A stretch of 64,000 nucleotides of DNA from Octopus sinensis (GCF_006345805.1 NC_043008.1:77438001-77502000), one strand, 5' to 3'; shown: positions 13,000-25,276, counted from the first letter of the stretch. Notes: generated from the letters alone by a model not told the origin. Numbers and translations: made by a program.

Positions 13000-13320
13000 T
13001 TAGGGAGTATATCCAAACTTACAGGGAAAAATTAGATTTAGAATTAAATCAAATTTTACAGTATAAATATAAATTAAATTAGAGATAAAACCACTATTAG
13101 GCAAATCAAACAGGGAAAGACATAAACCAAAAAATAAAAATAAATATAATTAATATAATATACAAAATAAATAAAATATAAAATTTTAAATTTAAATAAT
13201 TCAAATTTTAAATTTTATATTTTATTTATTTTGTATTAATTATATTTATTTTTATTTTTTGGTTTATGTCTTTCACTGTTTGATTTGCCTAATAGTGGTT
13301 TTATCTCTAATTTAATTTAT
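12998..13320. mobile_element. Palindromic element family B, second copy, preceded by (TAA)n 12948-12998
   Basis: Arms about 13068-13195 and 13203-13320; homologous to 1468-1740. Confidence 0.7.
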
Positions 13321-13339
13321 GTATGTATGTATGTATGTA

Positions 13340-13400
13340 AATATCTATGTGGGTATATCTTTGTCCCTCACCACCGCTCGACAACCAGTGTTGGTGTTTT
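13340..13400 (+). mobile_element. SINE family 2 internal fragment
   Basis: ttgtccctcaccaccgctcgacaaccagtgttggtgt matches 61545-61585. Confidence 0.6.
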
Positions 13401-14188
13401 GTGTGAATTACTCGTTTCAGCTTGTTAGCCATTATTTCACTTTAGCCTATTGTTATAATGTGAATCCTCGTCCACTTGTGCGTTATTGTCGGTCCTATTA
13501 TGTTGTAGCGGTATTCCGTGTCTTATTATCTTTGACTTGTCCATCGTGCTATCGCTGACAGCTCTGCAAGACAATGACTTTGAAACTTCTACCTTGATGG
13601 TAACTGGAACTCGTGTCTAACCACTGACACTGACACTGACTCCAACTGAGAACTCATACAACGACCCCACTACTACTGACCTGATTTTTTTGTTCACGAG
13701 AGGGCGAAAATAGAGGGGTCAATACAAGGACATGTGGGGACATAAAACAACAGAGAAAAAAAAGAAAAAGCGTATGATAAAACATGAATGACAATGGAAA
13801 TGAAAAATGAAAACAAAGTTACTCGCCCCACTGCAAGCAACTTCACTTACTTCCTTCTACTTTGAACACTGTTCCTTTTAGAATGTCTATTTTGGTCTTT
13901 TTGTGAGATCCATGTATAATATTTCCTCCGGCAAATTGCTTTTGTTTATGTTCACCTTCCACACCGTGAACCCACTATTATATCTTTCTAGGGACATAAA
14001 ACAACAGTCTTTCTTTTTGCTTTTCTGACAATAACACGCCCGAGTGCCACCCATTAATGTTTACATCTCCCTTAAAATCAACCAACACAGCGTCTTTCAT
14101 ACACACTGCTTCCTGTATTAGTTCCTTACTTGCACCTTCGATCAATATACAAGCAACACAACTTTCTTCCTTGGCTGAGGAGGGGTAG

Positions 14189-16958
14189 TGTAGTGATCCG
14201 ACAACGGCGCGCGCTCGCGCACCGCCCATTTGTATTTCGCGCGTGTTGATGCCTTTACCAAGGCACAGAAAGGAAGGCCCTCTCGCGCATGCGCGAACCA
14301 CCGGTAGCACGACCCTATTGCCTACGTAGCAGTTAGCGAGGCAAGGGGTTCGTAAGACGTTGACTACCAGCGTCCAGTCCTCGGTGACTTGGGAACCAGC
14401 GATTGAAGGCGACGGTCACGCGTATATTCTCTCTCCGTCAGGGCTTGATTCTAGCAGCAGTCGGTCGAAATACCTTTAACCAAATTGTTGCCGACCACAT
14501 TTCAACTTCCCTGTTCGACGCCATTTTGACCCCTTTCTGTTTTTGGGCTGGACATTGTAAATATTACAATCTATTAACTTATAGCGGTGCGCGCCCGAAC
14601 CTAGGACATCAGATAACACACTTATTGTTATTGTTTACCAAGAAAGAGAATAAAGTAGTTATATGTATATTTTACGTCTGCGTCCTGTTGTTTCCGACTT
14701 GTAGAGAATCTGGATTGTTAAAGCAACGGCTGGTGAGAGTGATTGCTTTGTGCACCCCAAAAGTGCACAAGAGATATTCACACACACAAGTTACGTTACA
14801 CTGGTGGACTCCCGACGTGATTCTGGTCTAAAACCAGAGATCACTTATCAACAAAAAAATCCAGTTTTTCTGCGAAGTCGGAACACGATTTAACTCTACG
14901 CATTCATCTTTCGACGATTCGTTTTCCGGCCACCACAAAGTTGTAGAAGGAGCCTCTTTTCTTATTCTACAGCCATGATGACGAACGCCATCAATTCATC
15001 GATGCTTTTTCTCTGCCTTCGTCATCACCATCGTCGTCTGTCTACTTCACGTCGTCGCTATCTTCGTCGCCATCATCACTAAGAACGATGTTGTCCCAAG
15101 TCCACTACAGTCGCCTTCCACCACCAACGTCGCCTTTCAACACCGTCGACCTCCACCAAGATGTACATAGCAACTCGCGGAAGTTTAGTCCACTTGCCGT
15201 TTGTGCATTAGCACACCAAGGATTTTACAGCACTTTCTACGAGATTTCTTCTGTTCCAGTTAACCTGTCACAGCATTGAAGCCACAACCGTTACACGATA
15301 TGTGTTCAACCGGCATCTGCATTTTGTGATTTCAACATTTCTGTTACAGAACGAACTGCTATTGTACATCAGGCTATTACAGACTGGTAAATTAATTCTT
15401 GTCTGGAATAGCCTGAGAGACATTTTTTCTATGCGCTGTATTTTTTGTATTTTGCTCGCATTCACCTTGTATGTATTTCTGTCGCACACACGTACACACA
15501 CATAAATGCTCTCTCTCACATACATACGTCACACATGCTTTTCTCGCTTGTTTTTTTTTTCCATGCTGAATTTGCCTTTTGTGGACACCCCTCATTTCTA
15601 TAGACCCTAGCGGTCACGTATACATAGAGAGGGTTGTTTGTCCATTATAACGCGCCAGCATGTCATACTTTTGTTCCTATACGAACGAAGCATATAATCG
15701 CTTAACCACTGGCATATTCATTTGCTGTTTTTTGGTCTGGCAAGCACTATTGCATTTCATGCGCCTTTTGCTTCGCACGTGTATTGCCTTGTTTTTTGCA
15801 ACACGTTTGCGTTAGCCTAATTCTTTTCCCGACTCATAGACGTCGGATGTTCAAATGCGCTGCGCCGATTTATAGGCGTAATTATTTTTCCCTTAGACCG
15901 CTGTTGGTCACGTAAATTAACAGAAAATTATCTGTGTCGCGCATCACACCAGCATGTTTGCACTTTTGCCTTTTGTGTTACTAGCGATCTTCTGTCACTT
16001 CCATTTCCTCTCCTGCAGCAATTGATTTAACTGCCATTTCGCAGGATCAACTACCTTTAGAGAAGTTGGATTTTAATTTCGCCTAGGTACATTAACTGTG
16101 AGTTTTGCTTTTTCCTCCGCTTCTTTCAGCGGAAGGGTTTATACTTTTGTGACGTATACACTTTCATGCATGCACTCTTGATTTTTGCTCATTGAGTATT
16201 TTTTCTCTTTTTCCTTTAGTAAATTTCTTGTGTATGTTATAAATTTTGCCATTATATTATTGTGTGCTATTTGGTTATCTGGTGTCCACCTTGAGTTTTG
16301 CAGTCACTACAATAAGTTTCCTTTCGTGCGTACGCACTGGAGGGGAGCCTGTAGTGATCCGACAACGGCGCGCGCTCGCGCACCGCCCATTTGTATTTCG
16401 CGCGTGTTGATGCCTTTACCAAGGCACAGAAAGGAAGGCCCTCTCGCGCATGCGCGAACCACCGGTAGCACGACCCTATTGCCTACGTAGCAGTTAGCGA
16501 GGCAAGGGGGTCGTAAGACGTTGACTACCAGCGTCCAGTCCTCGGTGACTTGGGAACCAGCGATTGAAGGCGACGGTCACGCGTATATTCTCTCTCCGTC
16601 AGGGCTTGATTCTAGCAGCAGTCGGCCGAAATACCTTTAACCAAATTGTTGCCGACCACATTTCAACTTCCCTGTTCGACGCCATTTTGACCCCTTTCTG
16701 TTTTTGGGCTGGACATTGTAAATATTACAATCTATTAACTTATAGCGGTGCGCGCCCGAACCTAGGACATCAGATAACACACTTATTGTTATTGTTTACC
16801 AAGAAAGAGAATAAAGTAGTTATATGTATATTTTACGTCTGCGTCCTGTTGTTTCTGACTAGTAGAATTCTGGATTATTTAAGTAACGGCTAGTGAGAGA
16901 TTGCTTTGTGCACCCCAAAAGTCCACGAGGATACACAACTCACACGAAGTTCGTTACA
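14189..16958 (+). mobile_element. Non-autonomous Gypsy-type LTR retrotransposon with both LTRs
   Basis: LTRs 14189-14800 and 16350-16958 (TG...CA), 4-bp TSD GTAG (14185-88, 16959-62), PBS TGGTGGACTCCCGACGTGAT (14802-14821), PPT GGAGGGGAG (16339-16347). 1.5-kb interior with only a faint integrase C-terminal remnant. Confidence 0.93.
14802..14821 (+). promoter_or_regulatory. Primer-binding site, tRNA-Trp-like
   Basis: Near-complement of the recalled eukaryotic tRNA-Trp 3' end (...AUCACGUCGGGGUCACCA), immediately after the 5' LTR. Confidence 0.8.
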
Positions 16959-18299
16959 GTAGTTTGGGGGTCCTTGTGTGTCAGTGTTTTCCTTTTTTGT
17001 TTTTGTGTCGGAGGGGAGTGGGTGGGTCTGCTGCCGGGAGAGGGAGGTTGAGGTGTGGATGGGATGGGTGTGGGTTTGATTCGCTTTCTTTGAGTTCTAT
17101 TCTCTACAGTTTTCCATGATACATCATCATCTTTCACCTCCTCCGTTGGTACATCCTTTTCTACTGTTACTTCCTGTATTCTTTCTTGGTTCCTCTCCAT
17201 TGGTGAAAGGCAGTCCGCTCTAATGTGGCTCTCTAGGCAACATTTGAGGCATCGAGGGATTCTGCCCTCCATCATGACTCTCAATACTCTATCTCCGACC
17301 GTTATCGTCTCTACCATTTTTTTCTAGGCTCTCCAGCATCTGTCCCTTCCAGTTCATATCTTCTGTTTTAGTGACTTGGAGGATATTTTGTTCTCATTGC
17401 CTAGGAGAACAGCAGCCGCTACTTAAGTCACTCCAATTTCAGGTGGAATTCCTTCTACCCTCACCCTGGAAGCTATCCTTTCAAGGTACGTGAGTAGAAG
17501 CACCACATTTTCTGTTCTCAATGGGGTCGCCGAAATTCGCTTTGCCTTAGCTGCTTCTCTGTTTCCCCTGGCAAGATATGTTATATCCTGCCAGATAGGT
17601 CTTAGTGCTTTTTCTATATTTTCTATTGCCATTACTTCTATTTTCATTTCCTCAATGGAATAGACCTTGTAGATGATAGTCTTCTCTTGTATTCCTTCTA
17701 AAATTCCTTGGAGTGGTGACACTTCTACATCACCACAACGCAGCATTATCCTCTAATTCTTTGTTTGTTAGGTCGACTTCTTTATTTTCTACTTCCGTGG
17801 CACTTGAGTAGCTCTTGTTTTTGTCCATTTTCCGCCTATCTCCTTAATTGCATTCACTAGTTCCTCCTCCGAAGAAGACAGCCTCGAAGAGCTGTAATCT
17901 TTATACAGCATCATTCTAGCTGCTTCAAGGCAGCACAGAACAGTTGACAAAAGTGTTCAAGGAACACTACAACAATTAAACAACTGTAAATCAAACAACA
18001 ATGTAACGCCAGCAAATAATACAACTTTAACTCACCAAATATTACTCTACAACGACTGACTGTTTGACTCTATACCACTTGGTCACGTGGGAAGGAAAAT
18101 ACCATTTTCATTACACCTACACTGGTGACTGTAACCCCCTTTTGCAAGTAATGTTCCAGTATAGTCTCTTTTGCGTCTCAAAATCTGTTAGCATCACTTT
18201 ATGCGAAAGGTTGAGTCTCGAATTTCTTTTTTGCTACGATTCCAGGTTTTGGATTTTTGCTCAAAGTGAAGGACCCAGGTCTCAACTCCTGTGACTATT

Positions 18300-18985
18300 C
18301 TCTCCAAAAAAAAAGCGTCGTCTTCATCGTTGTAGCGGTCGAATTAAGCCGTTACAGATCTCCACACAACAGAGCTGATGCACTTCGGTAAGTTCTCTTG
18401 GCATCCATCTTGCCTAGACTTTATGAAAACAAAATTTGTCGTGGGCGGTTTCGTATCTAGAACCTTGACTGATTTGCAGAGAATATTTTACCTCATCGAT
18501 GGTCACAACTGATGCTGATACCAATTCTTTCTTTATCCCCTAGATAGTGAGTTGTCAAACCACTTTGTCCTAGAAATGCAGATTGAAATTTCTATCTCTT
18601 TCTAATGTCACTACTGTATGAATACTAATATCAACAACACTATGCGACCTACATTGATCAATAACAACCCAATCTCCAGTTGCCAAATAAAAACGTTCTC
18701 CATTCGATATTTTTGTATGTATACATTATATAATTTAAGGTCTAAGGAGGATGGCTCTTGCACATTTTTACTTTTTACTTTTTACATTTTAGTTTTTGTA
18801 TTTTCATTTTCCGTTTTTCGTTTCCCGCTTTTTACTTTCTGCGTTTTCTATATGCTGACTTTTTAGCCTCTTTTTTTTTCGTGTTTCTTCTATTCAATTT
18901 GTTTTTAGTTCGTTAGGATATGTGGTTTGTGCCTGAAGAATATGTTTGAGTATTTCTTAATATATGGAACTATAAGTAGCACTTA
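18300..18985 (+). mobile_element. Highly decayed Penelope-like 3' remnant
   Basis: LLYEY*YQQHYATYIDQ (about 18610-18660) resembles GIY-YIG VVY...C.ATYIGQT; ends in a hammerhead fold. Confidence 0.35.
18929..18982 (+). ncRNA. Decayed hammerhead fold (A13G)
   Basis: GUGC-CUGAAGA-AUAUGU...AUAUAU-GGAAC-UAUAA-GUA-GCAC; 4-bp stem I. Confidence 0.55.
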
Positions 18986-19014
18986 AAGACATACACACAC
19001 ACACACACATATAT

Positions 19015-19523
19015 ATATATAAAACTGTAGTTGTGTGAGTGTCTGTCCCCTTCGATTTAGATTCCTAACTACTCCCACATTTTGCGCTGTAGTTTAACCG
19101 AATTCGGGTATCTTATAGTCGTGATTCATATCGAGCCCGTCTGAGTATTAGCGCGCGTCTACGATGAGTCTGCGATTTTAAAAATAATTTAACATCCTTT
19201 TTTATTCCATTTTAATGCATAATTTTTCGTGTGTCGATGGCGGCAGAGTTGGCGTCCACGCTTACAGCTGCACCTGTTTGCTTCTCCCCCTTCTTCCCTC
19301 CCTCGTGAAGCTGTGGGGAAGGGAGTGTAAGGAAATCAACGTCGTAAAGCGTTGTCAAGGAGACCAGCGTTCTTTTAGAACAACGACTTCATGGCTTGAA
19401 GACACCAAAACAGAAATGGCTAAGAAAGCCCGAATTGGCATCTATAAGGGAAGTAACTCGCTAAAAATGCTTATATAGTTATTTCCCTTACAAACCCGAG
19501 CAACGCCGGGCGATACTGCTAGT
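19015..19523 (+). mobile_element. Non-autonomous Helitron
   Basis: 3' GC-rich hairpin CCCGAGCAACGCCGGG (19495-19510) followed by CTAG (19519-22); 5' TATATAAA...GTGTCTGTC; TA-repeat flanks. Confidence 0.8.
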
Positions 19524-19771
19524 ATATATATATATATATACATGTATATATATAATGGAAGATGCATTAAATACTGCAAACCGTACACGGAGGACAGACA
19601 CAGAAGGACCCCGATTCTTCATCAGTTATCGACCAAAATACTAATACTCAGTTTCATGCCTTTAACGATAAGACTGCCGACTTCATAAAGCGGCGGCACC
19701 CGCAAAACAGATATCTGTTGAGATGTTTTGGAAGAATAACATGTAATAACCTAACGATATGTCTATTTTTA

Positions 19772-19855
19772 CTCCAGTGACGAGATTTTGCCCAATAAAA
19801 TGTTTTAATTACTAGAATTTAATTCTTTTGGGCAAAATCGAAACAGCTGTGGGAG
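19772..19855 (+). ncRNA. Decayed hammerhead fold with 11-bp stem II
   Basis: CUCC-a-GUGACGA-GAUUUUGCCCA...UGGGCAAAAUC-GAAAC-AGCU-GU-G-GGAG; C3G and H17=G. Confidence 0.6.
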
Positions 19856-20268
19856 AACATGTCGAATTTTCGCAGTTAATAAATTATATTAATGCTAGTT
19901 TTCCATTTTCTGGATTTTAATTTGAATATTTATAAACCAAGATTTATATTTAAACCTGTCATTTTAGAAATATTACTATTCACAACAAAATAATAGGTTA
20001 ACAAACCAGTAATTCATTGGATATTTTCTATCCCTTAAGGTGGTTATTTTAACCGCTATTTCAATTGATATATATATATATATATGCTATATTTTGGGCT
20101 GGTCGTTTATTGTTTCTTGCTAAATAAACACATACACTATATATTCGTTCTCACTATATATTCGTTCTTCACTTGTTTATTATTGTTGTTATTTTATGTC
20201 CATTACACACCTGTGGCCACTTCAGCGACTCATATAAGGAATCTTGAAAAACAAATACATAAACATGA

Positions 20269-20302
<34 letters not shown>

Positions 20303-20304
20303 CA

Positions 20305-20498
20305 TTTATTGTTTAATTGTTTTAGTCATTAGAGTACAGCCATACTGGGTCACTGCCTTGAAGAATTTTAGTCGAACGAATCGACCCCTGTACTTATTTG
20401 TATTTTCTAAATCTGGCACTTATGCATTCGGTTTCTCTTTGCCAAACCACTAAGTTACGGTGGTGTAATCAAACCAAGCTTATTGTGAAGCAGTGGTG
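20305..20498 (-). mobile_element. SINE family 2, 3' half
   Basis: Reverse complement of the 61570-61730 region. Confidence 0.75.
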
Positions 20499-21137
20499 TG
20501 TGTGTATGTGTGTGTGTGTGTATGGGGTCAAACACGCACGCGCGCGCACATGCACACACACGTATTTATATTGGTAGAGATAGAAATATTGCTATATATT
20601 TGAGGATATTATGACCAACAGCCAAGAGTGTGGACCAACTGATCCTAAAATACACAGTGTTTATGTTTATGTAACCAGCTGACATCTAAAAAGTAGACCA
20701 AGAACACGGATTCACTTCAATAGTAGACCATAAAAATATAATGACCAACAAGTTGGCTGTGATATTAACACGGCTGGCCAATGGAACTGACCAGTAGAAA
20801 AAGAACGACAATTTTGAGTCAATCTAAACACACTTGACCACCCACTAGAAACAGATGGATACATTAGATGATATATTCATTGTCATAGGTATATTTGGAT
20901 ACATGATGGTTAAAGTTACTGCAACTGGATTAAGTTAAGAATAAATAACAAAAGGAACGAACATCTCAAAGAATTGGCTTTGTCATTTGACATGTACGAC
21001 TGGTCAAACACACTTGCCTCTATGCTACTTCCATTATACAAAACTTCATAAAGGAGAAAACTTTTTGTTAAGAAAAGTTTGCAATTGCAATTGTTCTGTT
21101 CAGTGAGATAGATTTTTAAAGGCGAAATAGATCTTAC

Positions 21138-21268
21138 CTTGCAGAGACCATTTACACAAATATGATCTGATGTTGGGAAACAGATGCTTCCATCGGGAAC
21201 ACCACTTACAATTCGGGCATAAAAACTGAATCCAACTGGTCGACAAGAGATTGTGCACCTATCTCGAG
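21138..21268 (-). CDS. Next exon of the same ADAMTS-family gene (cysteine-rich domain)
   Basis: Acceptor tttctgtttttatAG, 131-nt exon, donor GTAAGA. With the trailing C of the upstream exon it reads P-RDRCTISCRPVGFSFYARIVSGVPDGSICFPTSDHICVNGLCK, matching C.L.C...G..FY.....V.DG(T/S).C......C..G.C. The phase-1 junction fits exactly. Confidence 0.93.
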
Positions 21269-22063
21269 CTATAAAAACAGAAATAAAAAATTAGAGAAAA
21301 AAAGTTCAACTATGTACAAATAAATTGTTTGTTATTATCTACTTAAAATATTCGACTTTTATTATAAAACCTGCTGAAGATGTCAGCAACCAAAAAATCC
21401 ATTTGACAGGATTCAGCATATTCACTGGCATTTCTAGAATACTTCAACTTTTAGAATACTATTTCCATACTAACTTTACTGCTATATAATGTAGTGTGAG
21501 GAATAAGGTGGTTAAGCTGAATTCATTTCAGCACAAGCAACCACCCAGAAACATAGTATGAAGGATATTCAAGTGCATGCTGCAAGCAATAGCAGAAATA
21601 GCAAACTGAACATTTCTGATGTCCAGTTCCCTATCCAATGATGTCACTTATTCAAGTTAAATTAAATTTGGAATTTGAATTAGATTACTATGAATTTTGG
21701 TGATATAAATGAGTAACAAAAAACCACAACAAAAAGTATTTTTTTTATAGGCAACAATAGTTTCAGATGCTTTCGCCGAAAGGTAATCATGGCTGTTTGT
21801 TACTGACAGAAAGAAAAAAAATGACAAACCTAGAGAAATACACTTCACTCTCTGTATTTAGAATATGGAACTACTGCCAAGTTCTACATTCCGATGACAT
21901 CATTTACGGCCCAGTGGTGTGTTTTTTTTAAACATTGTCTATAAGGAGACAGTTTTAGCAATAAAGGTCTTTTGACATTTGGGTTTTCCCAAACGCATTT
22001 AGCATAATAGTACACCCCTATACTGCAATAATCGCTTCTGGGTATACTTCTAATTAACAACAT

Positions 22064-22665
22064 ACGGAAGTTGGACAAAATAATGGAATCACCTTAACAT
22101 TTCAAACAAATTTATTCTAATGTAGGGTAGGACCGCCTTTGGCAGTAATTACACCTTGAATTCTACGAGGTATGGACTCGTACAAAGTTTGAATCGTTTC
22201 CAAAGGAATTTTTCCCATTCTTCAGCTAAAACAGTCTCCAGTTCTTGTAGCGATAATGGTGGAAGAGATCGAATTCTTACTAGTTTTTCTAAAATGCACC
22301 ATAAATGTTCAATAATATTGAGATCTGGAGACTGTGATGGCGAAATAAAACGTTCAACTTTTCTAGAATGTTCCTCGTGCCATTCAGTAACAAGTTTAGC
22401 TGTGTGAATTGGTGCATTATCATCCTGAAAGATTGCGTTTCCCCCCAGAAACAGTTCCGCGACCATAGGATGAATTTGATCAGATAAAATGCTTAAATAG
22501 TCTTGACTATTAATTCTGCCATGAAGGGAAACCATTGAGCAGGCGGATTTCCAAGATTATGACAGATCCTCCTCCATGTTTAACAGTTGGAAGAAGGCAG
22601 TCTGGACCAAATGCTTCTTTTGTCTGTCTCTACACGTATATTCGGCCGGTGGTCGGAAATAATGC
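22064..22665 (-). mobile_element. Tc1-like transposon, 3' half
   Basis: IFQDDNAPIHTAK and SPDLNIIEHLW (DD34E-type); terminal sequence gaagttggacaaaataatggaa at about 22070. Confidence 0.9.
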
Positions 22666-22669
22666 ATCA

Positions 22670-22805
22670 GGCGAAATGCTTAGCATTTTGCCTTTCATCC
22701 TTTCGGGGTCGATAAATTAAATACCAGTTGCGTACTGGAGTCGATCTAATCGACTGGTCCCCTCCCCCAAAATTTCGTGCCTTTTGCCTAGAGTAGTAAA
22801 AGAAT
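22670..22805 (+). mobile_element. SINE family 1, internally deleted
   Basis: gcctttcatcctttcggggtcgataaattaaataccagtt central domain and 3' end. Confidence 0.85.
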
Positions 22806-23179
22806 ATATCATTTAAAGATTGTGATTTCAGTACTAGGCTGATTATTATGTATCCGTTATAATACTTTCATGAAGACAACTGGGTTGTGAGTTCTAATTT
22901 CTGCTGGCAAAATGTTTGACCAAAGTTTCGAATTGCTTTATTGCTAAAGATTTAACAATCAACTTGAATATCTTTGCGACAATTAGAGCAGAGTTAATGG
23001 CGTGAAGAGATATTTTAAAGATTTAAGTAAAAATCGATGACTATGCCTATTTATCTAACGTATTAAACAACTTTTAGTCACAGCAGGAAAAGCAACACCT
23101 ATGACTGTTTACAGGATCTTCGAGACTGACATGAGGACAAAGGCAAGTTGTCCCCGAACCACAGAATTTGCCCGAATAT

Positions 23180-24470
23180 CTTTCACAGACTAAACTCCAC
23201 TAAATACACTGTAGCAGTTGTTTGCGGTGTTAAATTAGGAGACAACAAAGTGGATTACTCAAAATGGCACACAATGGCAAAGTTGTAGTGTTAAATTGGG
23301 TAACATCGGAGTGATCTCTAATAAAGATACTCTGGAACACAGTTATGGTGTTAAACTGGGTGATAATAGAGTGGACTCCATTAAAGTTATCCAAGAATCA
23401 AGAGACAATGCTAAAATGAGTGACGACGAAATCAACCTTCCTAAGCGTACCACAGGAGAAGGTGATGTTAAAGTGACAAAAAAGCAAACTCTGCAAAAAG
23501 TAATGAAGTTCAAGGTTGTGATGTTAAACTAGATGACAATAAAATAGACTCCAATGAAGATTGGAACAATCTTGTGGTGTTACATTAGGTGACGAAAGAG
23601 TGGGCTCCACAACTGGTACCCCAGGACAAGGTTGTAGTGTTAAACTGAGAAACAACAGAGGGATGCTACTAAAAGGTGATGGCGTTAAACTGAGTAACAA
23701 CAAAGCATGCCCCATTAAATCTAACACAGGTGATGGTAGTGGTGTTAATACAAGTGACGAAAGAGTAGGCTCTAGCAAAGGTGTCCAGAACAAGGTGGTG
23801 GTATTAAAAACTGGATGACAAAAAAGGTGACTCCACTAAAATCATCCCAGGACAGGATTGTGGTGCTGAATTGAATGACAACGGAGTGGACTCTACTATA
23901 TGTACCCCAGGACGAGGTGGTGATATTAAATTGTACAAGAAATGAGATTCTGTTAAAGGTACCTTAGGACAACGTGGTGATGTCAAACTATGAAAACAGG
24001 TGACTGTTAAAATTAACCAAAGACAAGGTTGTGATGTTAAAATGGGTGATAACGGTGGATTCCACTAAAGATAAACCCGGACAAGCTAGCGGTGTTAAAC
24101 CGAGTGACAATAGAGTGGACTTTATTAAAGTTACCCTCAGAACAAGGAGGTGGTTGGTATTAAACTGGGTTACAATAGAGGTGACTCCAATAAAAGCACC
24201 CCAGGACAAGATTGTGATGTTAAACTGGGTGGCAACAGAGGTAAATCTGCCGAAGGTACCCCAAGATAGAGTGATGGTCAAATAGATGACAAGAGAGTGT
24301 AGGTCACTAAAAGTAACCAAGGACAATGTAGAGGTGTGAAACTGGGTGACAAGAGAGTGGACTTCCCTAAAGTTACACTTGAACAAGGTGGAGACACTGA
24401 CAACATAGTGGACTCAATTAAATTGTTCCACCGGATAAGCTGGCACTCTTAACGAGTGGGACAACAGATT
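23180..24470 (+). repeat. Diverged 60-bp tandem repeat, about 20 units, with a 20-aa coding-like register
   Basis: Consensus ggacaaggttgtggtgttaaactgggtgacaacagagtggactccactaaagttacccca = GQGCGVKLGDNRVDSTKVTP; open only in short frame-shifted pieces. Confidence 0.85.
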
Positions 24471-25276
24471 TAGTGTACCATCCGAAAAGTTCAAGTATAA
24501 AGAACCTGTTTTGGTGGTGAATCCAATTTTTAGTCATATACCATTTGATTTTGTTCCCAAAATAAATTTTTTAGTTTTAAAAAAGTTGTCCAGAAACTAA
24601 ATCAAATGTCAAATGCCATATTTTGTTCGGCTAGTTCAGCACCAATACAAAGAAAGACATGCACTTAAATAATACTCAATGTCAAATTTCTCACGGTCAA
24701 ATCATTTTCTTGACAAAGTACAAACATTTTAAGACATATGGAACCATAAATTTAATTAAAACTTCCCCTCTAAACAGGTTCAACTACCAACGTAGTGTTC
24801 ACAGTAGTCATATCAGTTGAGTTTAATTCACAACTGACGGTAACTTTAGATTATACATATAAAACCAATCGTAATCTCAGCTCTTTCATACCGATTGCTG
24901 TTTTCTGTTTCTACGTGGTCTGGCAGAGAAAACTAATAAAACTTCACAGGCTCTGATCTTTTAAGTGTATTTCGAATTTCCTGTTGTACTTACTGAGATT
25001 TAAAAAGGCAAAAAAAAAAAAAAAGAGAAAAAGAAAGAAAAAATAGAATTCACTTGGCTGAATGAGATCTTAAGTATTTTATCGACAAACCAATATTTTA
25101 TGTCCGATTCAGTAAATTCTTTAACTGTACGCCAAAGGACTTTAAAATATAATGAAAAATACTGACGACACATTTCTTTTGTGTCTCAAAGGTAAAAATG
25201 CCACTGTAGACACCCTAATAGTACACCAGCTAAAGACACACACACACTCACATACTATCATAAATGTATTTCAATT

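Larger units (their letters stand above)
13685..18060 (-). mobile_element. ORF1-only (gag-like) LINE derivative interrupted by an LTR element
   Basis: Disrupted ORF from MDKNKSYSS (ATG about 17828) through an exact CX2CX4HX4C knuckle CLKCCLESHIRADC (17210-17251), continuing below the LTR insertion to about 13830. It is followed by a short T-rich 3' UTR and A7 at 13685-13691. No APE/RT seen. Confidence 0.55.

Noticed and set aside
19600-19665. Minus-strand GAAAC-UGA-GUA and CUGAUGA in permuted order
   Set aside because: No complementary stem II, and only 3 bp of stem I.
20749-20763. QVGCD on the + strand, resembling the expected next ADAMTS exon
   Set aside because: Wrong strand, no splice acceptor and no downstream D.CG.C motif; coincidence.
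20600-21300. Initial reading as a decayed Penelope RT (LDDIF-like peptide)
   Set aside because: Motif spacing unconvincing, and 21138-21268 is explained by the host exon on the opposite strand.
21371-21418. CUGAAGA plus a TGTCA/TGACA stem
   Set aside because: GAAA is replaced by GGAT, with no convincing stem I or III.
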